Program-made: the position numbers and the translations under genes
Source of the DNA: Cyclobacteriaceae bacterium
GTDB taxonomy: Bacteria; Bacteroidota; Bacteroidia; Cytophagales; Cyclobacteriaceae
DNA: 64,000 nt
Assembly (NCBI GenBank): GCA_019694875.1
Contig: JAIBBC010000003.1
Span: 548,469 to 612,468, forward strand
Reading direction: 5' to 3'
The notes under the pieces: model-generated
What the model saw: the letters and a program-made list of their open reading frames with translations, nothing else
What the model was told of the DNA's origin: nothing
Databases searched by the model: none
Shown here: piece by piece, positions 17,404 to 25,847 of the stretch
How the letters are laid out: each line of letters starts with the position of its first letter
Numbering within the stretch: the stretch's first letter is position 1

Positions 17404-17985
17404 CTAGAAATGCTTCCGATTGAGCACTTCGCTGAGAATTAGGGCCTTTTTAAAGCCTTTTGGATCACGTAAGTCTTTTATATACTCTGCAAGCACTCCG
17501 GACTCCTGCTTTTTCTCAAATTCCTTGAACCGGCCGAAGGTTGTATTTACCTGATCGAGCTTCATTGTCTCCTCCAGGGAAGGCCGGTTAAACGCCATCC
17601 TCTTGGCTTCTTCGTAGGCCTTGTTGCTGCGCTCGTCATCGAAGGTCGTCTTCTCCAAGCTCTTCTCTTCGTCTTCCAGGTCATCGTCATAATCGACATA
17701 CGCTGGCTTGGGTTTTGGAAGGGGCTGACGGAACTCAGGTTTGTTTTGAGTTACTGGCGACTCCGGAAACTTCTCTGTTTTGCCTTCCGTGATCTCGCGC
17801 AGAAGTTCTTCGAATGTAACGGGCTGAGGCTTGTTAGTTTGCGGACGGGATTGTGGACGATCAGGACCGGGTTCGTTCTCAGGTTTCTTTTTCTTCAACG
17901 CATTGAAGATGAAATAGACGATCACAAGAACGATGTAAAAAATGAACTTTTCATCCATACCCAAAAGTAACCAAAAAATCATCAA
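17404..17985 (-). CDS. Hypothetical membrane-anchored protein (one N-terminal TM, Pro/charged-rich linker)
   Basis: 193-aa ORF. TM helix FIFYIVLVIVYFIFNAL followed by a KKKKPENEPGPDRPQSRPQTNKPQP linker. The start could instead be the internal ATG (MDEKF, 17958). Confidence 0.5.
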   Translation of the reverse strand: MMIFWLLLGMDEKFIFYIVLVIVYFIFNALKKKKPENEPGPDRPQSRPQTNKPQPVTFEELLREITEGKTEKFPESPVTQNKPEFRQPLPKPKPAYVDYDDDLEDEEKSLEKTTFDDERSNKAYEEAKRMAFNRPSLEETMKLDQVNTTFGRFKEFEKKQESGVLAEYIKDLRDPKGFKKALILSEVLNRKHF

Positions 17986-18050
17986 ATCCGCTTGTTTTTA
18001 AACTTTTCGGCCAACCTGAATATATTTTTGAATTGCCGGTTCGAGAAGTT

Positions 18051-18058
18051 TATCTTTG
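18051..18058 (+). promoter_or_regulatory. -7 promoter box TATCTTTG with TTTG (18027-18030) as -33 element
   Basis: Exact TAnnTTTG match 33 nt upstream of the smc ATG, with 20-nt spacing to an upstream TTTG. Confidence 0.4.
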
Positions 18059-18090
18059 CCGACTTTACTAACCACTACGGAGTTTTCTAT

Positions 18091-21000
18091 ATGCAATTAG
18101 CGAAGCTGGAGATTAAGGGCTTTAAGAGTTTTGCCGACAAAATCGTGATCAATTTTGATGAGGGGATCACCGGCATTGTAGGCCCGAATGGGTGCGGGAA
18201 ATCAAACGTGGTCGATTCGATCCGCTGGGTGCTCGGAGAGCAGAAAACCAGTGCGTTGCGCTCCGAAAAGATGGAAAATGTGATCTTCAACGGAACCAGT
18301 GGCCGCTCGCCACAGCAAATGGCAGAAGTATCACTCACCATCAACAACACGAAGAACATCCTTCCTACTGAATATTCTCAGATCACTATTACCCGGAGGC
18401 TTTACCGCACGGGTGAAAGCGAATATTTGCTGAATGGCGTTACCTGCCGCCTGAAAGACATCACCAACCTCTTCATGGATACCGGTGTAGCCTCGAACAG
18501 CTACGCCATTATCGAGCTGGGGATGGTTGACGACCTGCTCAACGACAAAGATCATTCACGCAGAATGCTGTTCGAAGAAGCTGCAGGTATCTCGAAATTC
18601 AAAAAGCGCAAGAAAGAGACGCTCAAGAAACTGGAAGACACCGATGCCGACCTGGAGCGCGTGGAAGATTTGCTGTTCGAGATCGAAAAGAACATGAAGA
18701 GCCTCGAAAAGCAGGCCAAGCAAACTGAGAATTACTATAAGATTAAGGAAGACTATAAAGAGAAGAGCATAACGCTCGCGAAGGTCGTTGTCAACAAGCA
18801 GAAGGAAAAATCTGCCGCGGTAAACAAGCAAGTACAGGATGAAAATGACCGGAAGATCAGCCTCACAACTGAAATTGCCGAGAAAGAAGCCTTGATTGAA
18901 AGCTCAAAAGCGGAGCTGATCAATAAAGAGAAAACACTTTCAACCCGCCAAAAGACGATTAATGAGTTTGTTTCGAAAATTCGTCATTACGAAAGTGAGA
19001 AACAGATCAAGAACGAACGGTTAAAATACCTGAACGACCGTGCTGTTAACCTGCGCGATCAGATCGAACAGGATAAAAAGAGCAACGAACGCGCGCGTTT
19101 CAGCATTCAAAGTCTCGAAACTGAACGCGAAGCTGCGCAACAAATATTGCAGGAGATCACCGACAAGCTTGATCACCTGAAAGCTGAATACGAAGAACAG
19201 AAAAGAATTACTGCCGAACTCCAGACCGAGTCAGACTCGTTGCGTCACGTGCAGCGCGAACGCCAGGAGGAAAGTTTCCAGGTTAACAAAGCCGTTGAAA
19301 TCCGAGAGATCCAGGTTTCTTCATTCAAGCAGGAACTTGAACGTACTACTTCCGATACCAATCTTCAAAGCGCGAGCCTGGTAGAATTCGAAAAGAAACT
19401 GGTTGAGTTGCAGGACGAACTGACACACAAGAACAACGAACTCACCATTCTCAAGAAGGAAGAAGAAGAAGGTGAAGAGCGAATCGTGAACATGGAAAAA
19501 ACCATCGAGATGATTCGCGAGGAGATGAATGCGACCAACCGGAAGCTCGATGCGCGGCAGAACGAATACAACCTGACCAAATCACTGGTTGAAAATCTCG
19601 AAGGGTTTCCGGAAGCGATTAAATTCTTAAAAAAGAAGATCGCCAAGAACGCCCCTCTCCTGTCGGATATCCTTACCTGTTCGGAAGAGTACCGGGTAGC
19701 GATTGAAAACTATCTCGAACAGTACCTCAACTATTACATTGTTGACCACGAGTCGGAAGCATACGAGGCGATCAACATCCTGAGCGATGCTTCGAAAGGA
19801 AAGGCGCACTTCTTTATTCTCGATACATTCGAGCGCTTCGATCCTACTCCTACTAAAATTTACGATAGCGCGTTCCCGGCAACGCAAATCATTGAGTTCG
19901 ATCCGAAGTATCGTAAGCTGATGTCGTACATCCTCGACAAGGTTTACGTGTACGAAGGGGACCCAAGAAATATTCCGATCGATGACGACAGTACATTCAT
20001 TACCAAGAGCGGCAAACTAACCAAGCGCAGGTTTAGCGTGTCCGGTGGATCGGTAGGTTTATTTGAAGGAAAGAAAATCGGTCGCGCAAAAAACCTTGAA
20101 AAGCTCGATAAAGAGATAAAAGAACTGAACACCAAGCTGGACGAAATTCGCACCAGCCTCGTGCAGCGCCAGAACGATCTCGAGCGCATGAAGTCGAACA
20201 AGATGCGTCATCAGATCGATGAACTTCAGACTTCCATTCGCCAGGTTAATGAAGAATATGTTTCGGTTCGCACAAAGAGTGAGCAGTTTGCCAACATGCT
20301 GAGCACGGCAGGCTTGCGCAGGGAAGATATCCTTGAAAAGGTTGACACCTTATTAAAAGAACTCGATGAGCTCAAACCGAAAGCACATGAATTCCAGCAT
20401 TCACTCCAGGAACAGGAAAACAAGCTGGTAGAACTTACCGAACGACTGTCGTCACAAAACGATTTGCTCGGTCAGAAGTCAGCCGCTTTCAACGAGCAAA
20501 ACATTTTCTTCCATCAGCAGGAAAACCGCGTGAAGAGTACCGAGCAGGAAATTCGCTTCAAGCAGGAATCCATGCAGCAAAGCAGTCAGCGTATTGAACT
20601 GAACGTTGATGAGCTTAAGAAAAACGAAGAAGAAGTTAAGCATATCATTGAAACCACGCAGAGCAACGACCAGGAACTGATCGGCATGTATGCCGAAAAA
20701 GAAGACATGGAGAAAGGCCTGAGCGAAGCGGAGAAAGAATACTACGAAGCGCGCGGAAACATTGACGCCGTAGAAAAAGAACTTCGTGAAGCACAGCACG
20801 CCCGCCAGAACATCGACAGCATTTTGATGGAACTGCAGAATACCGTGAACGAAAGCAAGATGCAATTGAACTCGGTGAAAGAACGTCTGTCGGTAGAGTT
20901 CAATATCGATCTCGATTCGGTAATCGAGCAGTCAACACCGGAGGAAGAAGAAACATTAAAAGACCTGGACGAAGACAAGCTTCGTAACGAAATCGGTCGG

Positions 21001-21627
21001 ACACGCGAACGCCTCGACAACATGGGGCCGATCAACCCGATGGCGATGGAGGCTTACACCGAGATCAAAGAGCGTAACGACTTCATCATCACGCAAAAAG
21101 ATGATTTAATAAAGGCTAAGGATTCGCTCCTTGCCACCATCACCGAAATTGAAGGCGTGGCCAGCGAAACCTTCATGGATGCCTTCAATAAAATCAAGGC
21201 ACACTTTATCGAAGTATTTCGCTCGCTGTTTACAGAGGGTGACGAATGTGATTTGAAATTAACCGATCCTTCAAACCCGCTGGAATCCGAAATCGATATT
21301 ATCGCAAAACCAAAAGGCAAGCGGCCTTTGACGATCAATCAGCTTTCCGGTGGAGAGAAAACGCTTACGGCTACCGCCCTGCTGTTCTCGATGTACTTAT
21401 TGAAGCCGGCACCTTTCTGTATCTTCGATGAGGTTGACGCTCCGTTGGATGACGCCAACATCGATAAGTTCAATAACATTATCAGACGATTCAGCAACGA
21501 CTCACAGTTTGTGATCGTAACGCACAACAAGCGCACCATGACAACCACCGATGTAATCTACGGTATCACAATGGTTGAAAAAGGCGTGTCGCGTGTGGTT
21601 CCTGTTGATTTGAGAGAATTGGCTTAA
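18091..21627 (+). CDS. smc: Chromosome segregation protein SMC
   Basis: Start set at MQLAKLEIKGFKSF. Walker A GPNGCGKSN, long coiled coils, a hinge region, the C-terminal LSGGEKTLTA signature and Walker B FCIFDEVDAPLD are all present. Confidence 0.95.
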   Translation: MQLAKLEIKGFKSFADKIVINFDEGITGIVGPNGCGKSNVVDSIRWVLGEQKTSALRSEKMENVIFNGTSGRSPQQMAEVSLTINNTKNILPTEYSQITITRRLYRTGESEYLLNGVTCRLKDITNLFMDTGVASNSYAIIELGMVDDLLNDKDHSRRMLFEEAAGISKFKKRKKETLKKLEDTDADLERVEDLLFEIEKNMKSLEKQAKQTENYYKIKEDYKEKSITLAKVVVNKQKEKSAAVNKQVQDENDRKISLTTEIAEKEALIESSKAELINKEKTLSTRQKTINEFVSKIRHYESEKQIKNERLKYLNDRAVNLRDQIEQDKKSNERARFSIQSLETEREAAQQILQEITDKLDHLKAEYEEQKRITAELQTESDSLRHVQRERQEESFQVNKAVEIREIQVSSFKQELERTTSDTNLQSASLVEFEKKLVELQDELTHKNNELTILKKEEEEGEERIVNMEKTIEMIREEMNATNRKLDARQNEYNLTKSLVENLEGFPEAIKFLKKKIAKNAPLLSDILTCSEEYRVAIENYLEQYLNYYIVDHESEAYEAINILSDASKGKAHFFILDTFERFDPTPTKIYDSAFPATQIIEFDPKYRKLMSYILDKVYVYEGDPRNIPIDDDSTFITKSGKLTKRRFSVSGGSVGLFEGKKIGRAKNLEKLDKEIKELNTKLDEIRTSLVQRQNDLERMKSNKMRHQIDELQTSIRQVNEEYVSVRTKSEQFANMLSTAGLRREDILEKVDTLLKELDELKPKAHEFQHSLQEQENKLVELTERLSSQNDLLGQKSAAFNEQNIFFHQQENRVKSTEQEIRFKQESMQQSSQRIELNVDELKKNEEEVKHIIETTQSNDQELIGMYAEKEDMEKGLSEAEKEYYEARGNIDAVEKELREAQHARQNIDSILMELQNTVNESKMQLNSVKERLSVEFNIDLDSVIEQSTPEEEETLKDLDEDKLRNEIGRTRERLDNMGPINPMAMEAYTEIKERNDFIITQKDDLIKAKDSLLATITEIEGVASETFMDAFNKIKAHFIEVFRSLFTEGDECDLKLTDPSNPLESEIDIIAKPKGKRPLTINQLSGGEKTLTATALLFSMYLLKPAPFCIFDEVDAPLDDANIDKFNNIIRRFSNDSQFVIVTHNKRTMTTTDVIYGITMVEKGVSRVVPVDLRELA

Positions 21628-21636
21628 AAATGGGTA

Positions 21637-21692
21637 TTAGGGATTAGACATCAGGGGGCTGAATATTCGTTGCCCTTATGCCTAATCCCTAA
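21637..21692. terminator. Hairpin between convergent smc and esterase genes (TTAGGGATTAG / CTAATCCCTAA, 34-nt loop)
   Basis: 11-bp perfect inverted repeat read from the sequence. No clear U-tract on either side. Confidence 0.4.
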
Positions 21693-21751
21693 TTAGCCTC
21701 ATTCGTGTTTCAAGGTTTCTGAAGGGTCGATTAGTTAAATATGATGGACAA

Positions 21752-22981
21752 CTAATGACTGCTCTTGTTCAGGCGCTCTAAATGTTCGTCTAATATTTTT
21801 TTGAAATAATCATACCTCTCATTGCTCATTGTTAGTTTTGTAGCTTCCAATTTTACGAGCCCAAGTTTCAGGCTATTTTTTGCATCCTTGCTTCTAGACA
21901 AATTCTCCAACATTTCAGCTTTGCTATCATACAGATTTATGCCATTTGGGTAAAGTTCTATAGCCCAATTCAATATCCTCACACCTTCATCAGCCTTTTT
22001 GTTAGATAAAGCGATATAAGCAATTCTGTTCAAATCATCTTCAGTTGGTTGAAATTGGTAGCCTAACCATTCTTCTAATTCGTTGTATCTTTTTTTGATT
22101 TCTTCATATAACGAAAGAGACTCATCGCCTAAAATTTTGCTTACTTCACTGCTGGAGGGCTTCGCTGTAAGTTTTGCAAACAATCTAAGTGCTTTTGGCA
22201 ATTCCGTTAATGGTGACGATAAATGATCTTCGTTTCTTAAATAGTCAAAATTGAATTTCAAGCCATTCACTTTCACAGCAGAGAGTATACTATCAAGTTG
22301 TTTAACGCCCCTATAAAAAAATTTTTCATAGTCATCTGAGTCTCCCACTGAAACATTTAAGAACGAATTTATTTTTGAATCCGTCTTTAGCAATCTTTCA
22401 GCTTTCATCAGAATTTCATAATTGTCATACTCAAGGTTTGGGCTTATTGCAATGTATGCATTAAATAGCTTTGAATTTTCAGAAAAGGAATTTATCAGGT
22501 ACGTTCCACCAAGTGAATGCCCAATACCAAGTCTGTAATTTTCTACGTTATACTTTTTTGCAATCAGAGGAAAAACTTCTGTTCGTAAATGATTGTCAAG
22601 CAAAGCAGACAATCCTATTTTTGGATTCTTCCATCTTGTTTTGGTTTCTTCATTAATAGCATTGGGTGTAAATTCGCTTTGCCTGTCCTGCGCGTAAATC
22701 CCAACAACTATCATATTTTTAGCTTCTCCAATCGAAGCTAAATAACTTAAGGTAGAAGTTACATAGTTAAATAAATCTTCCCATTGACCGTCAAAAAGAT
22801 AAACCACTTGCAATTTTTCATCTTTAAGAGCTTCGTAATTCGGAGGAAGATAGACAGCAATCTTTCTGTCTGTTTTATAAACTTCAGAATGAATCACCAT
22901 GATTTCCTTTTTACCCTCTTGATCTTGTCCAAATAAAGTACTAGTCAAAAAAAGAGCAAGAAGAAAGGCTATTGTTTTCAT
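21752..22981 (-). CDS. Secreted alpha/beta-hydrolase (esterase D / enterochelin-esterase-like) with C-terminal TPR-like region
   Basis: 409 aa with a signal peptide and the nucleophile elbow GHSLGG. The gene is visibly more AT-rich than its flanks. Confidence 0.7.
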   Translation of the reverse strand: MKTIAFLLALFLTSTLFGQDQEGKKEIMVIHSEVYKTDRKIAVYLPPNYEALKDEKLQVVYLFDGQWEDLFNYVTSTLSYLASIGEAKNMIVVGIYAQDRQSEFTPNAINEETKTRWKNPKIGLSALLDNHLRTEVFPLIAKKYNVENYRLGIGHSLGGTYLINSFSENSKLFNAYIAISPNLEYDNYEILMKAERLLKTDSKINSFLNVSVGDSDDYEKFFYRGVKQLDSILSAVKVNGLKFNFDYLRNEDHLSSPLTELPKALRLFAKLTAKPSSSEVSKILGDESLSLYEEIKKRYNELEEWLGYQFQPTEDDLNRIAYIALSNKKADEGVRILNWAIELYPNGINLYDSKAEMLENLSRSKDAKNSLKLGLVKLEATKLTMSNERYDYFKKILDEHLERLNKSSH

Positions 22982-23014
22982 ATTTCTTTGGTTTTAGATT
23001 CTAACTGTTTTTTT

Positions 23015-23049
23015 GTTACAAAAAGCCAAGGCTCAGTAAAGTCAGCCTT
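23015..23049 (-). terminator. Rho-independent terminator downstream of the padR-permease operon
   Basis: The minus strand reads AAGGCU-10 nt-AGCCUU followed by GGCUUUUUG. Confidence 0.55.
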
Positions 23050-23198
23050 CGCTTAACTATTTTTATAAAAGGTACAAATTCTTGAGAGGTCATCTGCGCA
23101 TTTGTATACACTTTGTAAAACTTATCTATCATAAGATGACTTGCTCAACAAAAAAGTTGAAAAAAATTCGCTGGCTTCAGTGCGAAAGCTAACAGTAA

Positions 23199-25847
23199 CT
23201 ATTCATGCTTGAGTGTTTCTGCAGGATTTATCAGCGCAGCCTTTATTGCATGATAACTTACCGTGAGTAAAGCAATAGTAAGTCCTGCTAATAGGCTAAA
23301 GGCGAACAACTGCCAGCCGATTGTAATGGCAAACTGAAAGCTGCTGAGCCACTTGCTCATCGCGTACCACGATGCCGGAATCGCGAGAACAAACGCGATC
23401 AGTGCGAAGAAGATAAATTGGCGGTTGAGCAGCAGAAATATGCTCGACAACGGAGCGCCCATTACTTTTCGAATACCAATCTCCTTGGTTCGATTGATTG
23501 CGTTGATACCTGCAAGGCCGAATAATCCAAGACATGCAATTAAAATTGCAAAGATGGTTGACAAGCCCATGATCTTAGACCAGCGTCTGTACATATCATA
23601 CTGCTTCGCTACATCTTCATCAACAAACGTGTATTCAAACGGTTTGTCGGGGTACAGGCTTACCCAAGCCTTGCGTAATTGTTCAACTTTTTCAGGAACC
23701 TGGTCGGGTGTGATTTTAACAAGTATGGTTGTCAGGTAGCCAATCTTCAGTGATATGAACATCGGTGCAATAGCGCGTTCCAGCGACATGAAATGATAGT
23801 CCTTCATAACGCCAATCACCTTCGAACCTAAACTTGTAGTGTCTTCCTCCCAGTTGAGGTGTTCATTCAACGGATCAGTCCATTTCATATCCTTTACAAG
23901 AGCTTCATTGACAATAACCGCGTTTGAATCTGAAGCTATGGCAGCATCGAAATTCCTGCCCTGCGCAAGCTCGATACCGAACAATGGAATATATTCAGGG
24001 TCAACACCATAGATATAGGCTTCTTTATTCTCGTCGTTAATTCTGTATCCGTAAATCGACCAGCCTTTGTTAAAAGAATTTGTAGTTCCTGATACGTTAA
24101 TCACAGATGGATTCGATTTAACAGCGTTCCGGAACTGTTCAACAACTTTGTTTGTCTCCGGCACCCATCCCAACTGTGTAGGAATAACAACTACTTGCTC
24201 CTTTTTAAATCCCAAATCTTTCGTGGTGATGTACATCATTTGCCGGTACATGATTACCGAACAAATAATCATGGTGGCTGACAGAAAAAATTGAAACACT
24301 ACGAGCGGTTTTGTAAAGCCGGCATGCAAACGCGAAGTGAATCTTCCCTTTAAAACCAGTGCAGGTAAAAAACCAGAAAGGAAAAGAGCAGGATACGCAC
24401 CTGCAATAAACCCTACCACGAGCGTGATGGCGAATGCCACGGCCAGGATCAACAATGAGTTTGAGGCCGTTATCGAAATACTCTTTTGCGTGAACTCGTT
24501 GAAATACGGAAGAAAAAGTACGACCAACACAAGACCAATGGCCATTGAAATCAGCGCCAGTACCACCGACTCAATAGTAAATTGCCAGGCAACCTGTTTT
24601 TTCTGTGCACCCACAACTTTCCTTATTCCCACTTCGATTCGCCTGGAAGCCGATGTAGTGAGCGACAGTGATATATAGTTGATGCAGGCTATCGCAAGAA
24701 TGAGTACGGCAAGGCCGCCAAGAATCCACGAATACTTTTTATCACTAACTTTTTCCCAGGAAATATCTTTTGCCAGATGAATATTTGCAATGGGTAATGT
24801 ATTAAACTCTGTGGGTTTTATTCCAGGTGGTATGACCTCACGTTCACGCCATTTTTTGAAACGCTCACCCATGTATTTAGTCGTAAGCGTATCCAGGTGA
24901 ACTTTGAATAATTTCATATCCGTGTTCTCGCGAACTTTGAGGAAAGTCGGGTATGAAAAATTACCCCATTGCTCGCGCGCACGCACAAACCATGGATGCA
25001 CATCGAGTGAAACGATCATTGAAAATTTGATGCTGGAGTTTGCCGGAGGTGCTTCAATAATGGCCGTCACTCTCAATTCCTTTTTAGCCCCGTCAGATTG
25101 AATCGTAAGTATTTTACCGATTGGATCTTCGTCACCAAAAAATTTCTTCGCTACTTCGGGTGTTAACACTGCATCCGAAGAAGTACGCAGGGGATTTTCG
25201 CGATCTCCTGCTAAAATCCTGAAGGAGAATATCTTAAAAAATCCACTATCGGCACACGCAAATTTCTGATTGAAATGATTTGAGCCGTAGCTCATAATTC
25301 CCTCGTTGTAATCCGTGAACCTAGTTATGCTCTCTACTTCTGCCATTTCATCGAGCATAACCTCGCTCATTTTTGCCGGGAGATAAGCATGACTGTTGAA
25401 TGGGCTCGGGTCTGCCTGCGCATATTTCTCAGAATCGAAGTTGGTGGTATGAAGGCGATAAATACGGTCTTTGTTTTCATGGAACTGATCGAAACTTTTC
25501 TCATCCTGCACGAACAGGTAAATCAGTGTGCAGAACGCAATGGCAACGCTTAAACCAAATGCGTTAATGAACGAATACAATTTGCGCTTCACAATGTTGC
25601 GCGAGGCAACCTTCAAATAATTTCCAAGCATAATGGTGTTGATTAGTTCAAACTTAAATCTGTTTCGGAGGACGATGCCCGGCCTGAAAAACCGAAGCAC
25701 GTTAACGGCAAGCCGAAGTTTTGCTTTTGCTGGACCCCGCTCTTCCCTGTCGATTTCGTATTCCTCGAGCAAATCGCCCTCGATGCCTTCGTACAACGCA
25801 GGCGGGCAAAACCATTCGAGAAACCTAAACCAAAAATTCTTATTCAT
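23199..25847 (-). CDS. Duplicated FtsX/MacB-like permease with N-terminal cytoplasmic 'permease prefix' domain (no cognate ATPase nearby)
   Basis: 882 aa. Prefix MNKNFWFRFLEWFCPPALYEGIEGDL, then two MacB-type periplasmic domains and two FtsX 4-TM modules (..EIGIRKV(V/M)GA..). The start overlaps the stop of the upstream paralogue by 8 nt. Confidence 0.85.
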   Translation of the reverse strand: MNKNFWFRFLEWFCPPALYEGIEGDLLEEYEIDREERGPAKAKLRLAVNVLRFFRPGIVLRNRFKFELINTIMLGNYLKVASRNIVKRKLYSFINAFGLSVAIAFCTLIYLFVQDEKSFDQFHENKDRIYRLHTTNFDSEKYAQADPSPFNSHAYLPAKMSEVMLDEMAEVESITRFTDYNEGIMSYGSNHFNQKFACADSGFFKIFSFRILAGDRENPLRTSSDAVLTPEVAKKFFGDEDPIGKILTIQSDGAKKELRVTAIIEAPPANSSIKFSMIVSLDVHPWFVRAREQWGNFSYPTFLKVRENTDMKLFKVHLDTLTTKYMGERFKKWREREVIPPGIKPTEFNTLPIANIHLAKDISWEKVSDKKYSWILGGLAVLILAIACINYISLSLTTSASRRIEVGIRKVVGAQKKQVAWQFTIESVVLALISMAIGLVLVVLFLPYFNEFTQKSISITASNSLLILAVAFAITLVVGFIAGAYPALFLSGFLPALVLKGRFTSRLHAGFTKPLVVFQFFLSATMIICSVIMYRQMMYITTKDLGFKKEQVVVIPTQLGWVPETNKVVEQFRNAVKSNPSVINVSGTTNSFNKGWSIYGYRINDENKEAYIYGVDPEYIPLFGIELAQGRNFDAAIASDSNAVIVNEALVKDMKWTDPLNEHLNWEEDTTSLGSKVIGVMKDYHFMSLERAIAPMFISLKIGYLTTILVKITPDQVPEKVEQLRKAWVSLYPDKPFEYTFVDEDVAKQYDMYRRWSKIMGLSTIFAILIACLGLFGLAGINAINRTKEIGIRKVMGAPLSSIFLLLNRQFIFFALIAFVLAIPASWYAMSKWLSSFQFAITIGWQLFAFSLLAGLTIALLTVSYHAIKAALINPAETLKHE

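Noticed and set aside
18091-21627. An SMC-family ATPase as part of a defence system (Wadjet/Lamassu-like)
   Set aside because: Canonical full-length SMC: ~1180 aa with Walker A, a hinge, signature motif and Walker B. No JetA/B/D-, LmuA- or nuclease-type partner genes are adjacent. The neighbours are unrelated.
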